Shown here: positions 18,860 through 28,971 of the stretch, in pieces
How the letters are laid out: each line of letters starts with the position of its first letter
How positions within the stretch are numbered: the first letter of the stretch is position 1
DNA from: an uncultured Bacteroidales bacterium
GTDB taxonomy: Bacteria; Bacteroidota; Bacteroidia; Bacteroidales; JAADJA01
NCBI GenBank assembly: GCA_963761195.1
Contig: CAVXGA010000009.1
Span: forward strand, 270,747 to 334,746
Direction of reading: 5' to 3'
Length of the DNA stretch: 64,000 nucleotides
Position numbers and translations under genes: made by a program
The notes under the pieces: model-generated
Told to the model about the DNA's origin: nothing
What the model saw: the letters and a program-made list of their open reading frames with translations, nothing else
The model's database searches: none

Positions 18860-19447
18860 ATGGATTTTGAAGGAGTTAAGGCGATTGTACTAAAAAAACT
18901 AAATGAAGAGCTCAGCGTCAATCTTTATTACCATTGCCCTGAACATACCATCGATGTGCTTGAATCGGTTGAGCGGTTTGCGCAAATGGAAGGCGTTAAC
19001 GGGCATGACTTGATATTGCTGAAAACAGGTGCATTATTTCATGACCTGGGCTTTATTGAAACGTATGATGGTCACGAAAAAGTCTCCATAAAACTTGCTA
19101 ACCAAATTCTGCCTGATTTTGGCTATTCATTGGAGGATATTAAAAAAATTGAAGGGATTATTCTTTCTACCGAGCTTCCGCAAAATCCGAATACACATCT
19201 TGAAAAGATCATGGCCGACGCCGATCTCGATTATATCGGGCGGGATGATTTATTTTTAATTGGCCAAAGATTGCAGTACGAATGGAAACTCATTGGTAAA
19301 ATATCAACGCTTAGAGACTGGCATATAAAACAGCTTGCCTTTCTCAGGAACCATGTTTTTTTTACTCAATCGGCCAGAAAACTCAGGGATGAAAAAAAGG
19401 CGGAAAACATAAGAGAACTCGAACGGTTATTATGCTTAAAAAAATAG
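18860..19447 (+). CDS. HD-domain metal-dependent phosphohydrolase
   Basis: 195-aa ORF. HD motif elements are present: YHCPEH...ALFHDLGF...ADADLDYIGRDD. It starts 40 nt after the cyclase stop. Confidence 0.75.
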   Translation: MDFEGVKAIVLKKLNEELSVNLYYHCPEHTIDVLESVERFAQMEGVNGHDLILLKTGALFHDLGFIETYDGHEKVSIKLANQILPDFGYSLEDIKKIEGIILSTELPQNPNTHLEKIMADADLDYIGRDDLFLIGQRLQYEWKLIGKISTLRDWHIKQLAFLRNHVFFTQSARKLRDEKKAENIRELERLLCLKK

Positions 19448-19479
19448 TCTGTGTATTAGACGTACTGTTAAAATATTTC

Positions 19480-19487
19480 TAATTTTG
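19480..19487 (+). promoter_or_regulatory. -7 promoter box TAATTTTG
   Basis: Matches TAnnTTTG and lies 47 nt upstream of the ATG at 19534. Confidence 0.4.
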
Positions 19488-19533
19488 CAATGACGACAAC
19501 TTCAGTAAAAAATTATAAATCAACAAATACAAT

Positions 19534-20352
19534 ATGAAAAACATTATTTTAGTTCCAACCGATTTTTCAGAGGTATGTGAAAATGCGATGAACCAGGCTA
19601 TTGATGCGGCCAAATACCTGAAGTATGAAGTGGTCCTGTTGCATGTAATTGATAAAAATACCCGCGCTCAATTGAAAAAAGACAATTTAGGTGTTGATTC
19701 AATTGAAAAAAATCTGGCCGGTATTGTTGATAAAATTAAGAAAGATCATGGCATTCAAGCCAGGTATATTGCAAAGGAAGGAGATATTTTTGTAACCATT
19801 GGATTGGTTGCACAGGATATCGGTGCAAATCTTCTTTATTTGGGCACACATGGCAAAGTGGGATTGCAAAAACTTACCGGCAGCTTTGCCATCAAGGTTG
19901 TGACAAGTTCACCTGTGCCGGTTGTGGTGGTTCAGAAAAGGCCTTTTGCCGAAGGATACAAAAAAATTGTTCTACCAATTACAAGTGATGCCGGACCGTG
20001 GGAAAAAACAACATGGGCCAGTTTCATTGCAAAAAACTTTGACGCTGAGGTGCTTATTCTCCAACTTGATAATGCAGGACTGGATGACTCTGTGGGGATT
20101 ATAGCCAACCATTTAGAAAAAGACGGCATTAAACATCTTGTAATTAAAACACGGGGAAGTAATTTCTCGAAACAAGTGATTGATTATGCAACCGCAAATC
20201 TTTGTGATTTAATTATGATCATGACCAATCCGAATAAGAGTTTTACAAAGTTTATACTGGGCAGTTATGATGAAGAAATGATTTTCAATCCTTCCCAGAT
20301 TCCGGTTATGTGTATTAATCCAAGAAAATACAATTGGGAGAAAATTTTTTAA
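19534..20352 (+). CDS. Universal stress protein (tandem UspA domains)
   Basis: 272-aa ORF with two repeats of the Usp pattern (ILVPTDFSE...LLHV...GTHG; KIVLPITSD...MIM). Confidence 0.8.
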   Translation: MKNIILVPTDFSEVCENAMNQAIDAAKYLKYEVVLLHVIDKNTRAQLKKDNLGVDSIEKNLAGIVDKIKKDHGIQARYIAKEGDIFVTIGLVAQDIGANLLYLGTHGKVGLQKLTGSFAIKVVTSSPVPVVVVQKRPFAEGYKKIVLPITSDAGPWEKTTWASFIAKNFDAEVLILQLDNAGLDDSVGIIANHLEKDGIKHLVIKTRGSNFSKQVIDYATANLCDLIMIMTNPNKSFTKFILGSYDEEMIFNPSQIPVMCINPRKYNWEKIF

Positions 20353-20378
20353 AGCAAAAAATAAATGACCCTTACATA

Positions 20379-20404
20379 AAACCGGGATTTTCCCGGTTTT
20401 TTTT
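20379..20404 (+). terminator. Rho-independent terminator
   Basis: Stem ACCGGGA / TCCCGGT with a 3-nt loop, followed by a T8 run. Confidence 0.75.
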
Positions 20405-20472
20405 GTTGAGAGATGGTTTGCAATGATTCAGGAATATCATTTAAATTTAGGGTCAACTGAAAAGGTGATTCT

Positions 20473-21591
20473 GTGAATAAAACATTTATCGGAAAACGTA
20501 TAGCATCCCTATTGTTTTTGATGGTTTTGTCAAGCCAAACCATGTTTCATCAACTATTTTCACAAACAGTCGAAAACGAATTTTCCAATGAAAATATCAT
20601 AACCATAATGCACAAGGTTAATGATTATCAAACTGAACGTTCGTGGAAAAATATCGATCGCAACTGGAAAAGAAGCACATTTTATACAGGTATCATGGCT
20701 TTTTATGAAGCGACCGGCGACTCTGTGCTGTTGTGGCAGGCAGTAAACTGGTCAAAAAAACATGCCTGGCGCATCGGAACGGAATGGTATTATCCTGCTA
20801 ATAGACTAACATGCGTTCAGGTTTATCTCGAAATTTATTTTCAACTTCATGAGCATTATATGATCAGTCAAGGAAAAGAATTTATGGATTCCCGGGTAAT
20901 GAAAACTGAACTTGCATACAAACAGGGATGGGATTACATTGATGCACTTTATGTAGGCCCACCAGCTTATGCCATGATGAGTAAAGCGACAAATGATAAG
21001 AAATATATTGATTATATGAACAGGATGTTCTGGGAACTTGCAGATTGGCTTTATGAACCGGAGGACAGCCTTTTTTACAGGGATATAAAAGCGAAAACAA
21101 AAGAAACGAGCAAAAGTGGAAACAAAGTAATTTGGTCAAGGGGGAACGGATGGGTCATGGCAAGTTTGCCCCGAATATTAACTTATCTTCCTCAAAATAA
21201 TTCAAAATACCCGCATTATCTGACGCTTTTCCGGAATATGGCTGCATCGCTAGCACACCGGCAGGGAGATGACGGAATGTGGCGGACAAACCTTGATGAT
21301 TATGAAGATTATCCAAATCCCGAATCTAGTGGAACTGCATTTTTTACCTATGCAATGACCTGGGGAATAAATGAAGAAATTCTTGATCCGGAAATCTACA
21401 AACCGGTAGTTTTAAAGGCATGGAAAGCATTATACAGTGCTGTAGATGAAAATGGTAAAGTATGTTATGGTCAGCCGGAAGCCCGTGGTCCCGGAAATGT
21501 GAGTAAAGAAGATTCAGATGAATTTGTATCGGGTGCTTTTCTTCTTGCCGGAAGTGAGATTTTGAAACTCCGGCAGCATAGAGATGATTAA
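20473..21591 (+). CDS. Glycoside hydrolase family 88/105 (unsaturated glucuronyl/rhamnogalacturonyl hydrolase-like)
   Basis: 372-aa ORF with a GTG start and a signal peptide. Family motifs are present: WDYIDALYVGPPA, RGNGWVMASLPRIL, DGMWRTNL, ESSGTAFFTYAM. Confidence 0.75.
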   Translation: MNKTFIGKRIASLLFLMVLSSQTMFHQLFSQTVENEFSNENIITIMHKVNDYQTERSWKNIDRNWKRSTFYTGIMAFYEATGDSVLLWQAVNWSKKHAWRIGTEWYYPANRLTCVQVYLEIYFQLHEHYMISQGKEFMDSRVMKTELAYKQGWDYIDALYVGPPAYAMMSKATNDKKYIDYMNRMFWELADWLYEPEDSLFYRDIKAKTKETSKSGNKVIWSRGNGWVMASLPRILTYLPQNNSKYPHYLTLFRNMAASLAHRQGDDGMWRTNLDDYEDYPNPESSGTAFFTYAMTWGINEEILDPEIYKPVVLKAWKALYSAVDENGKVCYGQPEARGPGNVSKEDSDEFVSGAFLLAGSEILKLRQHRDD

Positions 21592-21603
21592 CCTTAAATA
21601 AAG

Positions 21604-21646
21604 ACTCCGGAGTAAATGATCGCTCCGGAGTTTCAACTTTTTTTTC
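21604..21646. terminator. Hairpin terminator between convergent genes
   Basis: A 9-bp stem, ACTCCGGAG / CTCCGGAGT, followed by a T-run. It lies between the stops at 21591 (+) and 21656 (-). Confidence 0.6.
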
Positions 21647-21655
21647 TATTTGCAC

Positions 21656-23719
21656 TTAATTGACAACAGGCAAATAGGAATAATTCTCTGAATAGTACAA
21701 CATCTGTGCTGCATAGTCATCCGGATATTCAACCTGAATATTTGAAATTTTGCCATCTTTTTCCTCGACGTCGAATACAGGATTGATAAAGCCGCCATAA
21801 GGAGCGATATTCAGTTTTTTGAACCGTTCAAGCACTTCTTTATGAAGTTCAGGATCTACAACAACGCCATACGTCTCAACCAGTTTTTTCCCGGCCTCAT
21901 AATCTCCTTCCGATTTGATCCGCTGAATTTCTGCCAACAGGTTACCGAACAATTCCCTTAATTTTTGGTAATCATTTATTTTTATATACGTCTTACCGTC
22001 TTTTTTAAATTGTTCAATTACATTTTCAGGCTGTCCTTTTTCATAACACCATTTTGCGATCAATTGGCGGTTACGCATATGGGCTTCTTCAATATTTTTT
22101 CCGGGTTCAATTCGTGTTAGTTGTGTCATCAGCCCATTACGGATATAACTATTGTACTCTGCCTTTGCAGCATCGAGTGTAGGCATAATCCCCAGTTCAA
22201 CCATTTTGGGGTCCATCATATAATAAAGTGCAAACAAGTCAGCACGGGCTTCTTCTAACGTTGAAGAGTAATTCTTCAATGCTTCGGAGCTTGTTCCCGG
22301 CAATAGTTGTCCAGAAGCATGTCCGAGGCACTCATGCAAGTCGGTATGAAGATTTCCAGCCATAAATCCATATTTTTTAGCAAGATCGATTTCTTCCTGA
22401 GAGGCACAGAATTCCTCCAAAAAACCATTACCTAATGCTGCCTGATCGTACGCATAGGTAATATTTTCCATGGTAACGGACTTTGATCCATATTCTTTCC
22501 TGATCCAGTCGGCATTTGGAAGATTAATTCCAATGGGTGTCGAAGGATAGCAATCTCCTCCCAATTGAGCCACAGTAATTACTTTGGCCGTAACACCTTT
22601 CACTTCTTTTTTCTTAAATCTTGGATCAACAGGTGAATGATCCTCAAACCACTGGGCATTGGAACTGATGATCTCAGCGCGTTTTGTTGCTTTCAAATCC
22701 TTGAAATCAACGACAGACTCCCATGTAGCCTTTATTCCCAGAGGATCGGTATAGGTTTCGGTAAATCCGTTAACGAAATCCACCATAGGTAATATATCCT
22801 GGGCCCAAAGGATGTTGTATTCATCGTATGTTTTCAGATCACCGGTTTCGTATTCTTCGATCAGCGTTTCAATCACTTTTTTCTGCTGATCATTTTCAGT
22901 GACTTCGGTAGCCTTTTTGAGCCAGTAAACTATTTTTTCGATAGCCGCCGAATAGAGACCTCCAACTTTATATACCTCCTCCTCAAGTTTTCCATTCACT
23001 TTGACCAGCTTTGAATTTATTCCATACGAAAGCGGTTCCTTATCATTCGGCTTTTTCATGGCATTGTAATAATCTTCAGCTTCCTTTTCTGTTACACCCT
23101 CATAAAAATTACAGGCCGAAGCTTTCACTAAATCCATGGACGGATCGAGACTTACCTTTTTCGGCGCAACAGTGGGGTCAAAAAGTATAGAAATAAGTTC
23201 AGGAAGAAGTTCATTTATGGTTTCGCCCTCTTTTAACGGGAATTTCGAATTCGGTGAATTATTAACTAGTTCAGTAAAATATTCGGGAGAAAACCCGGGG
23301 ACAAATTTATCTGACGAATAATGATGGTGAATGCCATTCGAAAACCATACTCTCTTCAGGTAAACGACAAAATTTTTGAAATCGTCGGTATTCCTGTCAC
23401 CTTTGTAATTTTTATAGATTTCTTCCAGCGTTTTACGAACCAGCAGATTGTATTTATAATTCTGATCGTATATAATATCTCTTCCGCAAAGTGCCGCCTG
23501 GCTGAGATAGTAGATCAGTTCTTTCTGCCTCAGCGAAAGGGTATCAAATCCAGGAACCTGATATCGCATAATTTTAAGATCGGCAAACTGCTCGACCAGG
23601 TATTTAAACTTCTCATTTTTCGTGCTCTGATCGGCAGTTGATTTGCTTTGATCAACCCCGTTACATGCTACTATTAAAACTGTCATCGTTACTGCGATTA
23701 ATTTAAACTGATTTTTCAT
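21656..23719 (-). CDS. Dipeptidyl-peptidase III (peptidase family M49), lipoprotein
   Basis: 687-aa ORF with the M49 zinc motifs HECLGH and EEARADL, and a lipobox (LIVACNG). Confidence 0.85.
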   Translation of the reverse strand: MKNQFKLIAVTMTVLIVACNGVDQSKSTADQSTKNEKFKYLVEQFADLKIMRYQVPGFDTLSLRQKELIYYLSQAALCGRDIIYDQNYKYNLLVRKTLEEIYKNYKGDRNTDDFKNFVVYLKRVWFSNGIHHHYSSDKFVPGFSPEYFTELVNNSPNSKFPLKEGETINELLPELISILFDPTVAPKKVSLDPSMDLVKASACNFYEGVTEKEAEDYYNAMKKPNDKEPLSYGINSKLVKVNGKLEEEVYKVGGLYSAAIEKIVYWLKKATEVTENDQQKKVIETLIEEYETGDLKTYDEYNILWAQDILPMVDFVNGFTETYTDPLGIKATWESVVDFKDLKATKRAEIISSNAQWFEDHSPVDPRFKKKEVKGVTAKVITVAQLGGDCYPSTPIGINLPNADWIRKEYGSKSVTMENITYAYDQAALGNGFLEEFCASQEEIDLAKKYGFMAGNLHTDLHECLGHASGQLLPGTSSEALKNYSSTLEEARADLFALYYMMDPKMVELGIMPTLDAAKAEYNSYIRNGLMTQLTRIEPGKNIEEAHMRNRQLIAKWCYEKGQPENVIEQFKKDGKTYIKINDYQKLRELFGNLLAEIQRIKSEGDYEAGKKLVETYGVVVDPELHKEVLERFKKLNIAPYGGFINPVFDVEEKDGKISNIQVEYPDDYAAQMLYYSENYSYLPVVN

Positions 23720-24443
23720 TTTTATTAATATTTATTAAGACTTTGTTTTTCAGAAAGGGTATTACCGGGGTAGAATTTAATGAAACGGCAAAATCGAGGG
23801 AAGCTCCTTCACCAAGCTTTTCGAGCCGCTGAAAATGTTTGCTTTTTTTAATAAAAGTGCTGAAATTATTTTTATGCATTTCCCATAATTCAAATGATGC
23901 AGTTGCTGCATCATTCTGAATGTAAAAATTTTTAGCAAACAAAAGTTCAGTCAACAAACCAGCAAAAAGGGTATCTTCGAGACTAAATGAATTTTCCCAG
24001 CCAGCGCATAAAATCGTTACATTTTTATTTTGTTGATTAAGCCATTCAGTGAGAACCCCGATATTTGTAAACGCACCCAGCACAAGATATTCAGCCTGTC
24101 CGGCGATTTCAATAGCTTGTGTTCCATTGGTTGTTGTATATACAAGCGTTTTACCTTTCAAACCGGCATTCATTAATTCCTTTGGGGAATTTCCATAATC
24201 AGCAAAATCCAGTTTAATACCCCCTCTTTCACCAGCTAAAAGAAATCCTTTCGATTTATATTCCCTTGCATCTTCCAAATCTGTAACCGGGATTATTTTT
24301 TCTGCACCTGCTGCGAAGGCGACACAAATAGAAGTCGTTGCTCTCAGGATATCAACTACCACAACCACATTGTTATTTTTTATCGTCCGAAATCCAAATT
24401 CTCCAGGCGTTAAACATACTTCTATGGTTGGATTGCTAATCAC
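23703..24443 (-). CDS. comB: 2-phosphosulfolactate phosphatase family protein (ComB-like)
   Basis: 246-aa ORF containing VVVVDILRATTSI...GERGG...DYGNSP, as in the ComB family. It overlaps the DPP-III start by 17 nt. Confidence 0.7.
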   Translation of the reverse strand: MISNPTIEVCLTPGEFGFRTIKNNNVVVVVDILRATTSICVAFAAGAEKIIPVTDLEDAREYKSKGFLLAGERGGIKLDFADYGNSPKELMNAGLKGKTLVYTTTNGTQAIEIAGQAEYLVLGAFTNIGVLTEWLNQQNKNVTILCAGWENSFSLEDTLFAGLLTELLFAKNFYIQNDAATASFELWEMHKNNFSTFIKKSKHFQRLEKLGEGASLDFAVSLNSTPVIPFLKNKVLININKNEKSV

Positions 24444-24571
24444 TATATCATTAATATTCTAAGCGGATTCAGGGCTTTATAATACCTAAAGAAATCAAGG
24501 TTACATGCATTGTATCTTTAAATCGAAATTTGCAACATAAAAGAACCTTTGTTGTTAACCCTGTTTAATTT

Positions 24572-25675
24572 TTATTCCTTGTAGAAAGGAATTTTAACAA
24601 TTTTCGCTTTTAAAAGTTTTTCCCGTATCCGGATAAATATTTCGGTGCCCAGTTTCGAAAATTCATCTTTCACATACCCCATCCCAATTGCTTTATTTAG
24701 CGAGGGTGACATCGTACCTGAAGTGACTTCGCCAATGACATTGCCACTGCTATCACAAATTTCATAATGCTGACGCGGAATTCCACGGTCGATCATTTCA
24801 AACCCCTTCAGCCTCTTTGATACACCCTGCTCCTTTTGTTTCAGAAGGTATGCTTTATCGATGAAATTCTTTGTATCTGTGAATTTAGTTATCCAGCCCA
24901 ATCCTGCTTCAATTGGTGAGGTTGAATCATTAATATCGTTTCCATAAAGGCAAAAACCCATTTCCAGTCTTAATGTGTCACGTGCTCCCAGTCCGATCGG
25001 TTTTATTCCGAATTCCTCACCCGCTTTAAAGACGGCCTCCCAGATTTGCGGCGCAACTTCATTCGGTATATAAATTTCACAACCGCCTGCGCCCGTATAA
25101 CCGGTAGTTGATAAAAGAATATCCGGTATCCCGGCAAAGGTGAGTTTTTTAAAGGTGTAGTATTCCATGTTTTCGATAGGTTCATTGGTAAGCTTCTGCA
25201 TAGCTTTCAGAGCCAATGGTCCCTGGACGGCTAGCTGGCTGATTTCATCCGAAACATTAACGAGCTCCTCTCCTATTGTTAAACCGAATTCTTTTGCTCT
25301 CGCCACCATCCAGTTCCAATCTTTATCTATATTGGCTGCATTGATGACAAGTAAATAAGTTTGTGCATCCATTCTGTAAACCAGAAGATCATCCACAATC
25401 CCTCCTTTTCCATTCGGAAAACAGGAATATTGTACTTTGCCATCGTAAAGAACTGATGCATCATTTGAGGTGATCCATTGAACAAAATCAAGTGCCTTTT
25501 CTCCTTTTACGTAAACTTCTCCCATATGTGAGACGTCGAAAACGCCAACACTGCCTCGAACGTTCAGGTGCTCTTTTACTAAACCTTCGTATTGCACCGG
25601 CATATAATATCCGGCAAACTCTACCATTTTCGCCCCAAGGGCTTCATGGAACTTTGTAAATGCGGTATGTTTCAT
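24572..25675 (-). CDS. gcvT: Glycine cleavage system aminomethyltransferase GcvT
   Basis: The ORF track starts at 25702, but the Met at 25675 ([31 protein letters not shown]) matches the canonical GcvT N-terminus. FDVSHMGE and GARDTLRLE are also present. Confidence 0.9.
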   Translation of the reverse strand: MKHTAFTKFHEALGAKMVEFAGYYMPVQYEGLVKEHLNVRGSVGVFDVSHMGEVYVKGEKALDFVQWITSNDASVLYDGKVQYSCFPNGKGGIVDDLLVYRMDAQTYLLVINAANIDKDWNWMVARAKEFGLTIGEELVNVSDEISQLAVQGPLALKAMQKLTNEPIENMEYYTFKKLTFAGIPDILLSTTGYTGAGGCEIYIPNEVAPQIWEAVFKAGEEFGIKPIGLGARDTLRLEMGFCLYGNDINDSTSPIEAGLGWITKFTDTKNFIDKAYLLKQKEQGVSKRLKGFEMIDRGIPRQHYEICDSSGNVIGEVTSGTMSPSLNKAIGMGYVKDEFSKLGTEIFIRIREKLLKAKIVKIPFYKE

Positions 25676-25813
25676 TGTTAAGTTGTTAAAAAAATCTCTC
25701 ATTCAATTAAGGCTTCCCGGATTAATAATTTACAATTTCTCAGCTTTTCCAGTACGAACCTTCACGAACTTCAGTGTACAATCATTCACCAGGTGAGGAA
25801 TTTGTAACCGAGG

Positions 25814-25821
25814 CAAATGTA
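25814..25821 (-). promoter_or_regulatory. -7 promoter box TACATTTG (minus strand) upstream of gcvT
   Basis: Matches TAnnTTTG and lies about 139 nt upstream of the gcvT ATG. Confidence 0.35.
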
Positions 25822-25867
25822 TAAAAAATAGATCGATACGATCATCAATAATATTTCTAAATTAGTG

Positions 25868-25875
25868 TAAATTTG
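25868..25875 (+). promoter_or_regulatory. -7 promoter box TAAATTTG
   Basis: Matches TAnnTTTG and lies 20 nt upstream of the ATG at 25895. Confidence 0.4.
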
Positions 25876-25894
25876 CCAATTAAATTAGTATCTC

Positions 25895-27763
25895 ATGTTT
25901 ATTTTGCGACAAAATATGCCGCGCTGGCTTATTTTTATTCTTGACATTCTGATAGTCCTTACGGCATTACTGCTCGCGTACATGGTGAGATTTAATTTTC
26001 ATGTACCAGAATCAGAAATCCGGTTGTGGCCCCAGGTATTTTCAACTGTTATAGGGATCAGAGCTTTGAGCTTTGCGCTGTCAAAGACTTACGCAGGAAT
26101 TATCCGATATACGAGCACAGAGGATGCAGTAAGAATTTTTCTTGTGGTTTTTTTAGGCAGCGTGGTTTTTTCAGGCATCAACCTTATTTCCTATTATTTT
26201 ATCAATGAAAAATTTTTGATCCCGTTTTCGATCATTGTCATTGAATTCATGACAGTCGTTCTTCTGATGATCACCTTCAGAATTATCGTAAAAATTGCTT
26301 ATCTCGAACTGATCAATCCTGCTGGTAACAAATCGAAAGTCATCATTTTTGGAGCCGGAGAAGCCGGACTGATCACTAAAAGTGCGTTGGAAAGAGATCC
26401 CGAAACAAAATACAAAGTCGTTGCATTTATTGACGACGACAAAAGTAAATGGGGAAAAATGCTTGAAGGAGTTGTCATCAGTGGGTTCGACAAACTTAGC
26501 GGATTGCTAAAAGAAGGAGAAATCGACATACTCGTCATTGCCTCACAAAAGCTTAAGCCTGAGAAAAAGCAGGATATTGTGGATGTTTGTCTTGCTTACA
26601 ACACTAAAATTTTTACCGTTCCTCCTGTTTCCAGCTGGATAAACGGGGAGTTGAGCTTTAAGCAAATTAAAAATATTCGTATCGAAGATTTGCTCGAACG
26701 GGATGAAATCAAGCTTGATGAGGAAGGTATTCGTAATGAGCTTCGTGGTAAAACCATCATGATTACAGGTGCTTCCGGATCGATTGGCAGTGAACTTGTC
26801 CGACAGATTTTAAGTTACGAACCTGCGAAAGTTATCCTCATCGACCAGGCTGAAAGCGGTCTGTTCGACCTTGAAGTTGAACTGAAGGATAAGTATGCGT
26901 CCGAATCGTTTGAAATAGCAGTTGCAGACATTTGTAATGAGAACAGGATGAATGAGATTTTCCGCAACATGAAACCTGAACTGGTGTATCATGCAGCAGC
27001 TTACAAGCATGTTCCGTTGATGGAAAATAATCCTGTCGAAGCAGTTTATACCAATGTTAAAGGAACTAAAATCATTGCTGATCTGGCTGTTAAATATGGA
27101 GTACAGAAATTTATAATGATTTCGACCGATAAAGCAGTTAACCCGACAAATGTGATGGGGGCATCAAAACGGATAGCAGAAATGTACATACAATCTGTAA
27201 ATCAAAATGAAGGCACGCGATTTATCACCACTCGGTTTGGAAATGTACTCGGATCAAATGGTTCGGCAGTAACCTTGTTCAGAAAACAAATCGAAAAAGG
27301 AGGGCCGATTACAATTACCCATCCTGACATCATTCGCTATTTTATGACGATACCAGAAGCCTGTCAGCTTGTTCTCGAAGCCGGAATGATGGGTAATGGC
27401 GGTGAAATTTTTCTTTTCGATATGGGAAACCCAATTAAGATTGTCGATCTTGCAAAAAAAATGATCCGGTTATCAGGGCTGGAATACGACAAAGACATTC
27501 AGCTAAAATTTACCGGATTACGACCCGGAGAAAAATTGTATGAGGAATTATTGAATAATGCTGAAAATACCCTTCCCACTCACCATCCACAAATTCTCAT
27601 CGGCAAAGTGAAGCCCTATGATAATGATGTAATTGATCACGAAATTGAAGAATTGATTGAGCTCGTTGCAAAGCAGGACAATTATTCAATCGTTAAAAAA
27701 ATGAAAGAAATTGTTCCTGAATATAAAAGCCAGAATTCGATTTACGAAAAACTAGATAAATAA
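25895..27763 (+). CDS. Membrane-anchored polysaccharide biosynthesis protein, CapD/WbpM/PglF-like NDP-sugar 4,6-dehydratase
   Basis: 622-aa ORF with 4 N-terminal TM helices. It has Rossmann motifs (IFGAGEAG; ITGASGSIGSEL), the YKHVP catalytic region and STDKAVNPTNVMGASKR. Confidence 0.85.
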   Translation: MFILRQNMPRWLIFILDILIVLTALLLAYMVRFNFHVPESEIRLWPQVFSTVIGIRALSFALSKTYAGIIRYTSTEDAVRIFLVVFLGSVVFSGINLISYYFINEKFLIPFSIIVIEFMTVVLLMITFRIIVKIAYLELINPAGNKSKVIIFGAGEAGLITKSALERDPETKYKVVAFIDDDKSKWGKMLEGVVISGFDKLSGLLKEGEIDILVIASQKLKPEKKQDIVDVCLAYNTKIFTVPPVSSWINGELSFKQIKNIRIEDLLERDEIKLDEEGIRNELRGKTIMITGASGSIGSELVRQILSYEPAKVILIDQAESGLFDLEVELKDKYASESFEIAVADICNENRMNEIFRNMKPELVYHAAAYKHVPLMENNPVEAVYTNVKGTKIIADLAVKYGVQKFIMISTDKAVNPTNVMGASKRIAEMYIQSVNQNEGTRFITTRFGNVLGSNGSAVTLFRKQIEKGGPITITHPDIIRYFMTIPEACQLVLEAGMMGNGGEIFLFDMGNPIKIVDLAKKMIRLSGLEYDKDIQLKFTGLRPGEKLYEELLNNAENTLPTHHPQILIGKVKPYDNDVIDHEIEELIELVAKQDNYSIVKKMKEIVPEYKSQNSIYEKLDK

Positions 27764-27812
27764 GGAGCAATGGGGGTACTCGCTTTAATTTACCCCTATT
27801 CACTTAACAATA

Positions 27813-28412
27813 TTAATTTTTAGCCCTGATACTGCATCCTATTGCTTTTGTGAAATCCGGATTGGGATTTTCTCCTGCCAATAACGATTCTACAGCATTA
27901 TCCGCATATTTCTCAGTGACTTCCGTGGGCTTTGCGTAATTGTTATCGATTGCTCCTATGTATTTAACTACCAATCCTTTGTTTCCCTTTTGCAAAATAA
28001 ATACATGCGGTGTTCGCAAAGCGCCATATTGGGGATAAATTTTCTGTCCTTCATCAAATAAATAAGGAAATGTAAACCCTTTTTCCTTTGCCCGAACCTG
28101 CATATTTTCATATGAGTCTTCAGGTAATTCTTCCGTATCATTTGGATTGATGGCAATTACAGGATAACCTTTGTCCTTAAACTTTTTATCCAGTGCGATA
28201 ATCCTGTCCTCGTAGGCTTTAGCATAGGGACAATGATTGCAGGTAAAAATGACAATAAAGCCTTTCGCTTCTTTATAATCGGCTAACGAAACCATCTTCC
28301 CATCAACATTTTTGAGATGAAAATCCGTAGCAATATCGCCTACTTTATAGCCTTGTGCATTCGTTGCCGAAAAAGCGATCATTGATAAAAACACTAAAAA
28401 TATAGATTTCAT
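27813..28412 (-). CDS. Thioredoxin-fold (redoxin) family protein, secreted
   Basis: 199-aa ORF with a signal peptide and a CNHCPY redox motif. Confidence 0.7.
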   Translation of the reverse strand: MKSIFLVFLSMIAFSATNAQGYKVGDIATDFHLKNVDGKMVSLADYKEAKGFIVIFTCNHCPYAKAYEDRIIALDKKFKDKGYPVIAINPNDTEELPEDSYENMQVRAKEKGFTFPYLFDEGQKIYPQYGALRTPHVFILQKGNKGLVVKYIGAIDNNYAKPTEVTEKYADNAVESLLAGENPNPDFTKAIGCSIRAKN

Positions 28413-28417
28413 GGTAG

Positions 28418-28939
28418 TTACATTTTTGATTCGACAATTGATTTTAATTCATCATATGTTAATGGGGCCTCATGAAACTCACGGGAAGTCCCTTTATAAA
28501 CCAATGTTGCCGGAATTCCACCTGACCAAAGTGTGTTCACTTTGTCAATCCAGACGTTTGAATTGATATCTGTAAGATGGATCACCTCTGATTTGATGTT
28601 ATTATTTTTTATAAAGGGTAACAGCAGTTCATCATGTTTATCAGGAAAATCAAGATTTACAAGAATAACCTTGACTTTTTTATCCTTGAAATCTCTATTG
28701 AATTTTTCAAAGCCCGGAATTTCTTTCACGCAAGGTTTGCACCAGGTTGCCCAGAAATTTATTACATACACTGTATCGTTATTCCTGTGCAGGTAAGGAT
28801 CAAGCTGTTTGAAACTCATCATCGGCACCTCCTGTTCTTTTGGTGAAGTGCATGAAATTCCAAACCCAACAATTATTATCAGTAATACATATTTGATCAT
28901 TATTTCCCTACTAAATGAGTTTTCTACTTCTATTAACAA
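28418..28939 (-). CDS. TlpA-like thiol:disulfide oxidoreductase lipoprotein
   Basis: 173-aa ORF with the WATWCKPC active site. An alternative start at 28900 (MIKYVLLIIIVGFGISC) would give a clean lipoprotein signal. Confidence 0.75.
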   Translation of the reverse strand: MLIEVENSFSREIMIKYVLLIIIVGFGISCTSPKEQEVPMMSFKQLDPYLHRNNDTVYVINFWATWCKPCVKEIPGFEKFNRDFKDKKVKVILVNLDFPDKHDELLLPFIKNNNIKSEVIHLTDINSNVWIDKVNTLWSGGIPATLVYKGTSREFHEAPLTYDELKSIVESKM

Positions 28940-28971
28940 TAGTGAGTATTGGAATGTTTCGAGAGAAATGA

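Noticed and set aside
23703-24443. Linking ComB-like phosphosulfolactate phosphatase with the alpha-oxoamine synthase (5993-7240) as a sulfonolipid pathway.
   Set aside because: The genes are 16 kb apart, in unrelated transcription units. ComB is also not part of the described capnine pathway, so the link is pure speculation.
25676-25813. A possible glycine riboswitch in the ~130-nt leader of gcvT.
   Set aside because: I could not find the conserved glycine-aptamer elements (the GGAGAG ... ACCGAAGGGGCAA-type cores) on the minus strand. The region looks unstructured and AT-rich.
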